From Mobula hypostoma (taxonomy: Eukaryota): 64,000 nucleotides of DNA. The notes beneath the pieces are model-generated. The model had not been told where the DNA came from and searched no databases. It worked only from the letters and a program-made list of their open reading frames with translations. The translations under genes and the position numbers were made by a program. Each line of letters starts with the position of its first letter. Position 1 is the first letter of the stretch. Shown here one piece after another: positions 1 to 13,995 of the stretch. Location: NCBI RefSeq assembly GCF_963921235.1, contig NC_086108.1, forward strand, positions 1,426,001-1,490,000, given 5' to 3'.

Positions 1-3000
1 CAAAATGCTGGAGGAACTCAGCAGGTCAGACAGTGTCGATGGTCAGAGTAACACACACAGAATGCTGGAGGAACTCAGCGGGTCAGACAATATCGATGGT
101 CAGAGTAACACACACAAAATGCTGGTGGAACTCAGCAGGTCAGCTAGTGTCAATGGACAGAGTAACACACACAAAATGCTGGAGGAACTCAGCAGGTCAG
201 ACAGTGTCGATGGTCAGAGTAACACACACAAAATGCTGGAGGAACTCAGCCGGTCAGACAGTGTCGATGGTCAGATTAACACACACAAAATGCTGGAGGA
301 ACTCAGCAGGTCAGATAGTGTCGATGGTCAGAGTGACACACACAAAATGCTGGAGGAACTCAGTGCGTCAGACAGTGTGGATGGTCAGAGTAACACACAC
401 AAAATGCTGGAGGAACTCAGCAGGTCGGACAGTGTCTATGGTCAGAGTAACACACACAAAATGCTGAAGGAACTCAGCAGGTCAGACAGGGTCTATGGTC
501 TGAGTAACACACACAAAATGCTGGAGGAACTCAGCAGGTCAGACAGTGTCGATGGTCAGAGTAACACACACAAAATGCTGGAGGAACTCAGCAGGTCAGA
601 CAGTGTCGATGGTCAGAGTAACACACACAAAATGCTGGTGGAACTCAGCAGGTCAGACAGTGTCGATGGTCAGAGTAACACACACAAAATGCTGGAGGAA
701 CTCAGCAGGTCAGACAGTGTCTATGGTCAGAGTAACACACACAAAATGCTGGAGGAACTCAGCAGGTTAGACAGTGTCGATGGTCAGAGTAACACACACA
801 AAATGCTGGAAGAAATCAACAGGTCAGACAGTGTCGATGGTCAGAGTAACACACACAAAATGCTGGAGGAACTCAGCAGGTCAGACAGTGTCTATGGACA
901 GAATAACACACACAAAATGCTGGAGGAGCTCAGCCGGTCAGACAGTGTTGATGGTCAGAGTAATACAAACAAAATGCTGGAGGAACTCAGCAGGTCAGAC
1001 AGTGTCGATGGTCAGAGTAACACACACAAAATGCTGGAGGAACTCAGCAGGTCAGACAGTGTCGATGGTCAGAGTAACACACACAAAATGCTGGTGGAAC
1101 TCAGCAGGTCAGACAGTGTCGATGGTCAGAGTAACACACACAAAATGCTGGAGGAACTCAGCAGGTCAGACAGTGTCTATGGTCAGAGTAACACACACAA
1201 AATGCTGGAGGAACTCAGCAGGTTAGACAGTGTCGATGGTCAGAGTAACACACACAAAATGCTGGAAGAAATCAACAGGTCAGACAGTGTCGATGGTCAG
1301 AGTAACACACACAAAATGCTGGAGGAACTCAGCAGGTCAGACAGTGTCTATGGACAGAGTAACACACACAAAATTCTGGAGGAACTCAGCGGGACAGACA
1401 GTGTCGATGGTCAGAGTAACACACGCAGAATGCTGGAGGAACTCAGCGGGTCAGACATTGTCGATGGTCAGAGTAACACACACAGAATGCTGGAGGAACT
1501 CAGCGGGTCAGACAATGTCGATGGTCAGAGTAACACACACAAAATGCTGGAGGAACTCAGCAGGTCAGACAGTGTCGATGGTCAGAGTAACACACACAAA
1601 ATGCTGGAGGAACTCAGCAGGTCAGACAGTGTCGATGGTCAGATTAACACACGCAAAATGCTGGAGGAACTCAGCAGGTCAGATAGTGTCGATGGTAAGA
1701 GTAACACACACAAAATGCTGGAGGAACTCGGCGGGTCAGACAGTGTCGATGCGCAGAGTAACACACACAAAATGCTGGAGGAACTCAGCGGGTCAGACCG
1801 TGTCGATGGTCAGAGTAACACACACAAAATGCTGGAGGAACTTAGCGGGTCAGACAATGTCGATGGTCAGAGTAACACACAAAAAATGCTGGAGGAACTC
1901 AGCAGGTCAGACAGTGTCGATGGTCAGAGTAACACACACAAAATGCTGGAGGATCTCAGCAGGTCAGACAGTGTCGATGGTCAGAGTAACACACACAAAA
2001 TGCTGGAGGAACTCAGCAGGTCAGGCAGTGTCGATGGTCAGAGTAACACACACAAAATGCTGGAGGAACTCAACAGGTCAGACAGTGTCTATGGTCAGAG
2101 TAACACACACAAAATGCTGGAGGAACTCAGCAGGTCAGACATTGTCGATGGTCAGAGTAACATACACAGAATGCTGGAGGAACTCAGCGGGTCAGACATT
2201 GTCGATGGTCAGAGTAACACAGACAGAATGCTGGAGGAACTCAGCGGGTCAGACAATGTCGATGGTCAGAGTAACACACACAAAATGCTGGAGGAACTAA
2301 GCAGGTCAGATAGTGTCGATGGTCAGAGTAACACACACAAAATGCTGGAGGAACTCAGCAGGTCAGACAGTGTCGATGGACAGAGTAACACACACAAAAT
2401 GCTGGAGGAACTCAGCAGGTCAGACAGTGTCGATGGTCAGAGTAACACACAAAATGCTGGAGGAACTCGGCAGATCAGACAGTGTCAATTGTCAGAGTAA
2501 CACACACGAAATGCTGGAGGAACTCAGCAGGTCAGACAGTGTCGATGGTCTGAGTAACACACACGAAATGTTGGAGGAACTCAGCAGGTCAGACAGTGTC
2601 GATGGTCAGAGTAACACACACGAAATGCTGGAGGAACTCAGCAGGTCAGGCAGTGTCGATGGCCAGAGTAACACACACGAATTGCTGTAGGAACTCAGCA
2701 GGTCAGACAGTGTCGATGGTCAGAGTAACACACACGAAATGTTGGAGAAACTCAGCAGGTCAGACAGTGTCGATGGTCAGAGTAACACATACAAAATGCT
2801 GGAGGAACTCAGCAGGTCAGACAGTGTCGATGGTCAGAGTAACACACACAGAATGCTGGAGGAACTCAGCGGGTCAGATAGTGTCGATGGTCAGAGTAAC
2901 ACACACAAAATGCTGGAGGAACTCAGCAGGTCAGACAATGTCGATGGTCAGAGTAACACACACAAAATGCTGGTGGAACTCAGCAGGTCAGATAGTGTCA

Positions 3001-6000
3001 ATGGACAGAGTAACACACACAAAATGCTGGAGGAACTCAGCAGGTCAGACAGTGTCGATGGTCAGAGTAACACATACAAAATGCTGGAGGAACTCAGCCG
3101 GTCAGACAGTGTCGATGGACAGTGTAACACACACAAAATGCTGGAGGAACTCAGCAGGTCAGACAGTGTCGATGGTCAGAGTAACACACACAAAATGCTG
3201 GAGGAACTCAGCAGGTCAGACAATGTCGATGGTCAGAGTAACACACACAAAATGCTGGTGGAACTCAGCAGGTCAGATAGTGTCAATGGACAGAGTAACA
3301 CACACAAAATGCTGGAGGAACTCAGCCGGTCAGACAGTGTCGATGGTCAGAGTAACACACACAAAATGCTGGAGGAACTCAGCAGGTCAGACAGTGTCGA
3401 TGGTCAGAGTAAGACACACAAAAAGCTGGAGGAACTCAGCCGGTCAGACAGTGTCGATGGTCAGATTAACACACACAAAATGCTGGAGGAACTCAGCAGG
3501 TCAGATAGTGTCGATGGTCAGAGTGACACACACAAAATGCTGGAGGAACTCAGTGGGTCAGACAGTGTGGATGGTCAGAGTAACACACACAAAATGCTGG
3601 AGGAACTCAGCAGGTCGGACAGTGTCTATGGTCAGAGTAACACACACAAAATGCTGAAGGAACTCAGCAGGTCAGACAGGGTCTATGGTCAGAGTAACAC
3701 ACACAAAATTCTGGAGGAACTCAGCAGGTCAGACAGTGTCGATGTTCAGAGTAACACACACAAAATGCTGGAGGAACTCAGCAGGTCAGACAGTGTCGAT
3801 GGTCAGAGTAACACAAACAAAATGCTGGAGGAACTCAGCAGGTCGGACAGTGTCTATGGTCAGAGTAACACACACAAAATGCTGGAGGAACTCAGCAGGT
3901 CAGACAGTGTCGATGGTCTGAGTAACACACACAAAATGCTGGAGGAACATAGCGGGTCAGACAGTGTCGATGGTCAGAGTAACACACACAGAATGCTGGA
4001 GGAACTCAGCGGGTCAGACAATGTCGATGGTCAGAGTAACACACACAAAATGCTGGAGGAACTCAGCAGGTCAGATAGTGTCAATGGACAGAGTAACACA
4101 CACAAAATGCTGGAGGAACTCAGCCGGTCAGACAGTGTCGATGGTCAGAGTAACACACACAAAATGCTGGAGGAACTCAGCAGGTCAGATAGTGTCGATG
4201 GTCAGAGTAACACACACAAAATGCTGGAGGAACTCAGCAGGTCAGATAGTGTCGATGGTCAGAGTAACACACACAAAATGCTGGAGGAACTCAGCAGGTC
4301 AGACAGGGTCTATGGTCAGAGTAACACACACAAAATGCTGGAGGAACTCAGCAGGTCAGACAGTGTCGATGGTCAGAGTAACACACACAAAATGCTGGAG
4401 GAACTCAGCAGGTCAGACAGTGTCGATGGTCAGAGTAACACAAACAAAATGCTGGAGGAACTCAGCAGGTCAGACAGTGTCGATGGTCAGAGTAACACAC
4501 ACAAAATGCTGGAGGAACTCAGCAGGTCAGACAGTGTCGATGGTCAGAGTAACACACACAAAATGCTTTAGGAACTCAGCCGGTCAGACAGTGTCGATGG
4601 TCAGAGTAACACACACAAAATGCTGGAGGAACTCAGCAGGTCAGACAGTGTCGATGGTCAGAGTAACACACACAAAATGCTGGAGGAACTCAGCAGGTCA
4701 GACAGTGTCGATGGTCAGAGTAACACACACAAAATGCTGGAGGAACTCAGCAGGTCAGACAGTGTCTACGGTCAGAGTAACACACACAAAATGCTGGAGG
4801 AACTCAGCAGGTCGGACAGTGTCGATGGTCAGAGTAACACACACAAAATGCTGGAGGAACTCAGCAGGTCAGACAGTGTCGATGGTCAGAGTAACACACA
4901 CAAAATGCTGGAGGAACTCAGCAGGTCAGACAGTGTCGATGGTCAGAGTAACACAGACAGAATGCTGGAGGAACTCAGCGGGTCAGACAATGTCGATGGT
5001 CAGAGTAACACACACAAAATGCTGGAGGAATTCAGCAGGTCAGATAGTGTCGTGGTCAGAGTAACACACACAAAATGCTGGAGCAACTCAGCAGGTCGGA
5101 CAGTGTCGATGGTCAGAGTAACACACACGAAATGCTGGAGGAACTCAGCAGGTCAGACAGTGTCGATGGCCAGAGTAACACACACAAAATGCTGGAGCAA
5201 CTCAGCAGGTCGGACAGTGTCGATGGTCAGAGTAACACACACGAAATGCTGGAGGAACTCAGCAGGTCAGACAGTGTCGATGGTCAGAGTAACACACACA
5301 AAATGCTGGGGGAACTCAGCAGGTCAGACAGTGTCTATGGACAGAGTAACACACACAAAATGCTGGAGGAACACAGCCGGTCAGACAGTGTCGATGGTCA
5401 GAGTAACACACACAAAATGCTGGAGGAACTAAGCAGGTCAGATAGTGTCGATGGTCAGAGTAACACACACAAAATGCTGGAGGTACTCAGCAGGTCAGAC
5501 AGTATCGATGGACAGAGTAACACACACAAAATGCTGGAGGAACTCAGCAGGTCAGACAGTTTCGATGGTCAGAGTTAGACACACAAAATGCTGGAGGAAC
5601 TCAGCCGGTCAGACAGTGTCAATGGTCAGATTAACACACACAAAATGCTGGAGGAACTCAGCAGGTCAGACAGTGTCGATGGTCAGAGTAACACACAAAA
5701 TGCTGGAGGAACTCGGCAGATCAGACAGTGTCAATTGTCAGAGTAACACACACGAAATGCTGGAGGAACTCAGCAGGTCAGACAGTGTCGATGGTCTGAG
5801 TAACACACACGAAATGTTGGAGGAACTCAGCAGGTCAGACAGTGTCGATGGTCAGAGTAACACATACGAAATGCTGGAGGAACTCAGCAGGTCAGGCAGT
5901 GTCGATGGCCAGAGTAACACACACGAATTGCTGGAGGAACTCAGCAGGTCAGACAGTGTCGATGGTCAGAGTAACACACACGAAATGTTGGAGGAACTCA

Positions 6001-9000
6001 GCAGGTCAGACAGTGTCGATGGTCAGAGTAACACATACAAAATGCTGGAGGAACTCAGCAGGTCAGACAGTGTAGATGGTCAGAGTAACACACACAGAAT
6101 GCTGGAGGAACTCAGCGGGTCAGACAATATCGATGGTCAGAGTAACACACACAAAATGCTGGTGGATCTCAGCAGGTCAGATAGTGTCAATGGACAGAGT
6201 AACACACACAAAATGCTGGAGAAACTCAGCAGGTCAGACAGTGTCGATGGTCAGAGTAACACACACAAAATGCTGGAGGAACTCAGCCGGTCAGACAGTG
6301 TCGATGGTCAGATTAACACACACAAAATGCTGGAGGAACTCAGCAGGTCAGATAGTGTCGATGGTCAGAGTGACACACACAAAATGCTGGAGGAACTCAG
6401 TGCGTCAGACAGTGTGGATGGTCAGAGTAACACACACAAAATGCTGGAGGAACTCAGCAGGTCGGACAGTGTCTATGGTCAGAGTAACACACACAAAATG
6501 CTGAAGGAACTCAGCAGGTCAGACAGGGTCTATGGTCTGAGTAACACACACAAAATGCTGGAGGAACTCAGCAGGTCAGACAGTGTCGATGGTCAGAGTA
6601 ACACACACAAAATGCTGGAGGAACTCAGCAGGTCAGACAGTGTCGATGGTCAGAGTAACACACACAAAATGCTGGTGGAACTCAGCAGGTCAGACAGTGT
6701 CGATGGTCAGAGTAACACACACAAAATGCTGGAGGAACTCAGCAGGTCAGACAGTGTCTATGGTCAGAGTAACACACACAAAATGCTGGAGGAACTCAGC
6801 AGGTTAGACAGTGTCGATGGTCAGAGTAACACACACAAAATGCTGGAAGAAATCAACAGGTCAGACAGTGTCGATGGTCAGAGTAACACACACAAAATGC
6901 TGGAGGAACTCAGCAGGTCAGACAGTGTCTATGGACAGAATAACACACACAAAATGCTGGAGGAGCTCAGCCGGTCAGACAGTGTTGATGGTCAGAGTAA
7001 TACAAACAAAATGCTGGAGGAACTCAGCAGGTCAGACAGTGTCGATGGTCAGAGTAACACACACAAAATGCTGGAGGAACTCAGCAGGTCAGACAGTGTC
7101 GATGGTCAGAGTAACACACACAAAATGCTGGTGGAACTCAGCAGGTCATACAGTGTCGATGGTCAGAGTAACACACACAAAATGCTGGAGGAACTCAGCA
7201 GGTCAGACAGTGTCTATGGTCAGAGTAACACACACAAAATGCTGGAGGAACTCAGCAGGTTAGACAGTGTCGATGGTCAGAGTAACACACACAAAATGCT
7301 GGAAGAAATCAACAGGTCAGACAGTGTCGATGGTCAGAGTAACACACACAAAATGCTGGAGGAACTCAGCAGGTCAGACAGTGTCGATGGTCAGAGTAAC
7401 ACACACAAAATGCTGGAGGAACTCAGCAGGTCAGACAGTGTCGATGGTCAGAGTAAGACACACAAAAAGCTGGAGGAACTCAGCCGGTCAGACAGTGTCG
7501 ATGGTCAGATTAACACACACAAAATGCTGGAGGAACTCAGCAGGTCAGATAGTGTCGATGGTCAGAGTGACACACACAAAATGCTGGAGGAACTCAGTGG
7601 GTCAGACAGTGTGGATGGTCAGAGTAACACACACAAAATGCTGGAGGAACTCAGCAGGTCGGACAGTGTCTATGGTCAGAGTAACACACACAAAATGCTG
7701 AAGGAACTCAGCAGGTCAGACAGGGTCTATGGTCAGAGTAACATACACAAAATGCTGGAGGAACTCAGCAGGTCAGACAGTGTCGATGTTCAGAGTAACA
7801 CACACAAAATGCTGGAGGAACTCAGCAGGTCAGACAGTGTCGATGGTCAGAGTAACACAAACAAAATGATGGAGGAACTCAGCAGGTCGGACAGTGTCTA
7901 TGGTCAGAGTAACACACACAAAATGCTGGAGGAACTCAGCAGGTCAGACAGTGTCGATGGTCTGAGTAACACACACAAAATGCTGGAGGAACATAGCGGG
8001 TCAGACAGTGTCGATGGTCAGAGTAACACACACAGAATGCTGGAGGAACTCAGCGGGTCAGACAATGTCGATGGTCAGAGTAACACACACAAAATGCTGG
8101 AGGAACTCAGCAGGTCAGATAGTGTCAATGGACAGAGTAACACACACAAAATGCTGGAGGAACTCAGCCGGTCAGACAGTGTCGATGGTCAGAGTAACAC
8201 ACACAAAATGCTGGAGGAACTCAGCAGGTCAGATAGTGTCGATGGTCAGAGTAACACACACAAAATGCTGGAGGAACTCAGCAGGTCAGATAGTGTCGAT
8301 GGTCAGAGTAACACACACAAAATGCTGGAGGAACTCAGCAGGTCAGACAGGGTCTATGGTCAGAGTAACACACACAAAATGCTGGAGGAACTCAGCAGGT
8401 CAGACAGTGTCGATGGTCAGAGTAACACACACAAAATGCTGGAGGAACTCAGCAGGTCAGACAGTGTCGATGGTCAGAGTAACACAAACAAAATGCTGGA
8501 GGAACTCAGCAGGTCAGACAGTGTCGATGGTCAGAGTAACACACACAAAATGCTGGAGGAACTCAGCAGGTCAGACAGTGTCGATGGTCAGAGTAACACA
8601 CACAAAATGCTTTAGGAACTCAGCCGGTCAGACAGTGTCGATGGTCAGAGTAACACACACAAAATGCTGGAGGAACTCAGCAGGTCAGACAGAGTCTACG
8701 GTCAGAGTAACACACACAAAATGCTGGAGGAACTCAGCAGGTCAGACAGTGTCGATGGTCAGAGTAACAGAGACAGAATGCTGGAGGAACTCAGCGGGTC
8801 AGACAATGTCGATGGTCAGAGTAACACACACAAAATGCTGGAGGAATTCAGCAGGTCAGACAGTGTCGATGGTCAGAGTAACACACACAAAATGCTGGAG
8901 GAACTCAGCAGGTCGGACAGTGTCGATGGTCAGAGTAACACACACGAAATGCTGGAGGAACTCAGCAGGTCAGACAGTGTCGATGGTCAGAGTAACACAC

Positions 9001-12000
9001 ACAAAATGCTGGAGGAGCTCAGCAGGTCAGCCAGTGTCGATGGTCAGAGTATCACACACAAAATGCTGGAGGAACTCAGCAGGTCAGACAGTGTCGATGG
9101 TCAGAGTAACACACACGAAATGCTGGAGGAACTCAGCAGGTGAGGCAGTGTCGATGGCCAGAGTAACACACACGAAATGCTGGAGGAACTCAGCAGGTCA
9201 GACAGTGTTGATGGTCAGAGTAACACACACGAAATGCTGGAGGAACTCAGCAGGTCAGGCAGTGTCGATGGCCAGAGTAACACACACGAAATGCTGGAGG
9301 AACTCAGCAGGTCAGACAGTGTCGATGGTCAGAGTAACACACACGAAATGCTGGAGGAACTCAGCAGGTCAGACAGTGTCGATGGCCAGAGTAACACACA
9401 CGAAATGCTGGAGGAACTCAGCAGGTCAGACAGTGTCGATGGTCAGAGTAACACACACGAAATGCTGGAGGAACTCAGCCGGTCAGACAGTCTCGATGGT
9501 CAGAGTAACACACAAAATGCTGGAGGAACTCGGCAGATCAGACAGTGTCGATGGTCAGAGTAACACACACGGAATGATGGAGGAACTCAGCAGGTCAGAC
9601 AGTGTCGATGGTCAGAGTAACACACACGAAATGCTGGAGGAACTCAGCAGGTCAGACAGTGTCAATTGTCAGAGTAACACACACGAAATGCTGGACGAAC
9701 TCAGCCGGTCAGGCAGTGTCGATGGTCAGAGTAACACACACGAAATGCTGGAGGAACTCAGCAGGTCAGACAGTGTCGATGGTCAGAGTAACACACACAA
9801 AATGCTGGAGGAACTCAGCAGGTCAGACAGTGTCGATGGTCAGAGTAACACACACAAAATGCTGGAGGAGCTCAGCAGGTCAGCCAGTGTCGATGGTCAG
9901 AGTATCACACACAAAATGCTGGAGGAACTCAGCAGGTCAGACAGTGTCGATGGTCAGAGTAACACACACGAAATGCTGGAGGAACTCAGCAGGTGAGGCA
10001 GTGTCGATGGCCAGAGTAACACACACGAAATGCTGGAGGAACTCAGCAGGTCAGACAGTGTCGATGGTCAGAGTAACACACACGAAATGCTGGAGGAACT
10101 CAGCAGGTGAGGCAGTGTCGATGGCCAGAGTAACACACACGAAATGCTGGAGGAACTCAGCAGGTCAGACAGTGTCGATGGTCAGAGTAACACACACGAA
10201 ATGCTGGAGGAACTCAGCAGGTCAGGCAGTGTCGATGGCCAGAGTAACACACACGAAATGCTGGAGGAACTCAGCAGGTTAGACAGTGTCGATGGTCAGA
10301 GTAACACACACAAAATGCTGCAGGAACTCAGCCGGTCAGACAGTGTCGATGGTCAGAGTAACACACACGAAATGCTGGAGGAACTCAGTAGGTCAGACAG
10401 TGTCGATGGCCAGAGTAACACACACGAAATGCTGGAGGAACTCAGCAGGTCAGACAGTGTCGATGATCAGAGTAACACGCACGAAATGCTGGAGGAACTC
10501 CGCCGGTCAGACAGTGTCGATGGACAGAGTAACACACACAAAATGCTGGAGGAACTCAGCCAGTCAGACAGTGTCGATGGTCAGAGTAACACACACGAAA
10601 TGCTGGAGTAACTCAGCAGGTCAGACAGTGTCGATGGTCAGAGTAACACACACGAAATGCTGGAGGAACTCAGCAGGTCAGACAGTGTCGATGGTCAGAG
10701 TAAGACACACAAAATGCTGGTGGAACTCAGCAGGTCAGACAGTGTCGATGGACAGAGTAACACACACAAAATGCTGGAGGAACTCAGCGGGTCAGACAGT
10801 GTCGATGGTCAGAGTAACACACAGAATGCTGGAGGAACTCAGCGGGTCAGACAGTGTCGATGGTCAGAGTAACACACACAAAATGCTGGAGGAACTCAGC
10901 AGGTCAGACAGTGTCGATGGACAGAGTAACACACACAAAATGCTGGAGGAACTCAGCAGGTCAGACAGTGTCGATGGTCAGAGTAACACACACAAAATGC
11001 TGGAGGAACTCAGCGGGTCAGACAATGTCGATGGTCAGAGTAACACACACAAAATGCTGGAGGAACTCAGCAGGTCAGACAGTGTCTATGGACAGAGTAA
11101 CACACACAAAATGCTGGAGGAACTCAGCAGGTCAGACAGTGTCGATGGTCAGAGTAACACACACAAAATGCTGGAGGAACTCAGCCGGTCAGACAGTGTC
11201 GATGGTCAGAGTAACACACACAAAATGCTGGAGGAACTCAGCAGGTCAGATAGTGTCGATGGTCAGAGTAACACACACAAAATGCTTGAGGAACTCAGCA
11301 GGTCAGACAGTGTCGATGGTCAGAGTAAGACACACAAAATGCTGGAGGAACTCAGCAGGTCAGACAGTGTCGATGGTCAGAGTAACACACACAAAATGCT
11401 GGAGGAACTCAGCCGGTCAGACAGTGTCGATGGTCAGAGTAACACACACAAAATGCTGGAGGAACTCAGCAGGTCAGACAGTGTCGATGGTCAGAGTAAC
11501 ACACACAAAATGCTGGAGGAACTCAGCAGGTCAGGCAGTGTCGATGGTCAGAGTAACACACACAAAATGCTGGACGAACTCAGCAGGTCAGACAGTGTCG
11601 ATGGTCAGAGTAACACACACAAAATGCTGGAGGAACTCAGCAGGTCAGATAGTGTCGATGGTCAGAGTAACACACACAAAATGCTGGAGGAACTCAGCAG
11701 GTCAGACAGTGTCGATGGTCAGAGTAAGACACACAAAATGCTGGAGGAACTCAGCAGGTCAGACATTGTCAATGGTCAGAGTAACACACACAAAATGCTG
11801 GAGGAACTCAGCAGGTCAGACAGTGTCGATGGTCAGAGTAACACACACAAAATGCTGGAGGAACTCAGCAGGTCAGACAGTGTCGATGGTCAGAGTAACA
11901 CACACAAAATGCTGGAGGAACTCAGCACGTCAGACAGTGTCGATGGTCAGAGTAACACACACAAAATGCTGGAGGAACTCAGCAGGTCAGACAGTGTCGA

Positions 12001-12451
12001 TGGTCTGAGTAACACACAGAATGCTGGAGGAACTCAGCAGGTCAGACAATGTCGATGGTCAGAGTAACACACACAAAATGCTGGAGGAACTCAGCCGGTG
12101 AGACAGTGTCGATGGTCAGAGTAACACACACAAAATGCTGGAGGAACTCAGCAGGTCAGACAGTGTCGATGGTCAGAGTAACACACACAAAATGCTGGAG
12201 GAACTCAGCCAGTCAGACAGTGTCTATGGTCAGAGTAACACACACAAAATGCTGGAGGAACTCAGCCAGTCAGACAGTGTCTATGGACAGAGTAACACAC
12301 ACAAAATGCTGGAGGAACTCAGCCGGTCAGACAGTGTCGATGGTCAGAGTAACACACACAAATTGCTGGAGGAACTCAGCCGGTCAGACAGTGTCGATGG
12401 ACAGAGTAACACACACAAAATGCTGGAGGAACTCAGCAGGTCAGACAGTGT
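1..12451. repeat. 57-bp tandem satellite (~218 units), runs off the left edge
   Basis: Consensus CAAAATGCTGGAGGAACTCAGCAGGTCAGACAGTGTCGATGGTCAGAGTAACACACA repeats head-to-tail, with occasional 55-bp units (one CA lost). It ends abruptly at ...GACAGTGT|GTGATAGGG. Confidence 0.99.
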
Positions 12452-12699
12452 GTGATAGGGAAATTTCACAGTGACTTTCATGATCATCAGCAGCCCAAAA
12501 TCCGTAAGATGCACCCAAATGTATTCAGGAAGCAAAATCTTTCTTGTCTAGTGTAAAAGTGCATTGTCTCTAATATTGGAAGAACATGTTTATCCCTGAA
12601 GGGTTCTGAGAAGTGTTGAACTCTTACTGGAAACAGCAGCAGCTGTGGTTATTATTCAGTCTTCTCTGGTCTACACAAGCTAGCACAGCTGAGAGCAGG

Positions 12700-13220
12700 G
12701 CCAATGTCACCGGGGTGTGTTGTGAAATTTGTTAACTTTCCAGCAGCAGTACAATGCAATACATGATAACTACAGAATAAAACTGAATTACTGTAAGTAT
12801 ATCTGTATATTAAATAGTTAAATTAAGATAAGTCGTGCAAAAACAGAAATTAAATAAAAACATTCGTGAGGTAGTGCTGATACGTTGCATGTGCATTTAG
12901 AATTGATGGCAGAGGGAAGAAGCTGTTCCTGAATCACTGAGTGTGTGTCTTCAGACTCCTGTCCCTCCTTCCTGATGGTAGCGATGAGAAGAGGGCACAT
13001 CCTGGGTGATGGGGGCCTTGATGATGGACGCTGCTTTTCTGAGGCATTGCTCCTCGAAGATGTCTTGGTCCTGGATACTATAGAGGCTAGTGCTCGTAAT
13101 GGAGTTGACTCATTTTACAGCCCTGCAGCTTACTTTGATCCTGTGCAGTAGCCGTCCCCCTCCATAGCAGCTGGCGATGCAGCCTGTCAGAATGCTCTCC
13201 ACTGTACATCTGTCGAAATT
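12700..13220 (-). mobile_element. Rex/Babar-like LINE 3' fragment (degenerate)
   Basis: The minus strand reads as a decayed LPSGRRYRS...SFFP-AI-type RT C-terminus plus 3'UTR. A similar copy lies at 48455-49130. Confidence 0.6.
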
Positions 13221-13445
13221 CAGATTTGCTCATCACATATCTCATGCCAGGTGGCCCAGTCAGCTGCTGAGTCACAGAGTCACGGGTTGGCATGAATCAC
13301 CGGGGCACCATACCTGGGCAGCCACCAGCTTCAAAGCAGTGACCCACTGCCAGAAGCTTCTGCTCTTCAGCTGAGATGTTTGGTGGAGGCCCCTCTTGGG
13401 GCTGCTGGGAACACGAGGGATTCTGTAGCTTCTGGAAATCTTGAG

Positions 13446-13510
13446 AACACCTGCAAAACTTTGGAGGAGCTCAGCAGCTCAGGCAGCATCAGTGGAGGGG
13501 AATAAACACA
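13446..13510 (-). mobile_element. Penelope-type terminal repeat remnant, homologous to the satellite unit
   Basis: CAAAACTTTGGAGGAGCTCAGCAGCTCAGGCAGCATC matches the satellite monomer and the copies at 26753, 29349, 52169 and 58497/60861. Confidence 0.6.
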
Positions 13511-13689
13511 GAAGAGAGATAGAAGTCATAGAATACTCTGTCACAGAAACAGGCCCTTTGGCCCATCTAGTTTGTGCCGAACTATTAATCGCCTCGTCCC
13601 ATAAACTTCACCCAGACTATAGCCCTTCATACAGATCCCATCAATGAAATACAACCTATATCATAGTTCCTTAAATTACCAGGAACCAG

Positions 13690-13995
13690 TATGTTGGGAC
13701 CTCTTTGTCGAGCACCTTTGGCCCATTCGCAGGATTTCCCGGTGGCCAACCATTTTAATTCCAAACCCTATTTCCTTTCCAACGTGTTGATCCATGGCCT
13801 CCTCTTCCATCGTGACGAGGCCACTCTCAGGTCGGAGATGAACTCCTCATATTTCGTCGAGGTAGCCTCCATGAACATCAGTTTCTCCAGTGTGTGGTAT
13901 TTCCCCTCCTTCGCTCTTCTTCAATTCCCCACCTTTCTCTTCTCCTCACCTGCCTATCACATCACAGTTCCCTTCCTCCTTCCCCTTTTCCCTTT
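13690..13995 (+). mobile_element. Penelope-like element, GIY-YIG endonuclease C-terminal relic
   Basis: ORF 13691 contains PVANHFNS...IHGLL...DEATLR, resembling the end of the Penelope GIY-YIG domain, followed by a pyrimidine-rich tract. Confidence 0.7.

Noticed and set aside
1..12451. CRISPR-like array
   Set aside because: There are no unique spacers and no cas genes, and the context is eukaryotic. The whole unit repeats.
5..12474. Long repetitive ORFs (MLEELSRSDSVDGQSNTHK)n and (SMVRVTHTKCWRNSAGQTV)n as proteins
   Set aside because: They are a by-product of a 57-bp (19-codon) unit. Two frames are open, with scattered stops (e.g. ~2688, 4569, 8613, 9141) and 1-2-bp frameshifts.
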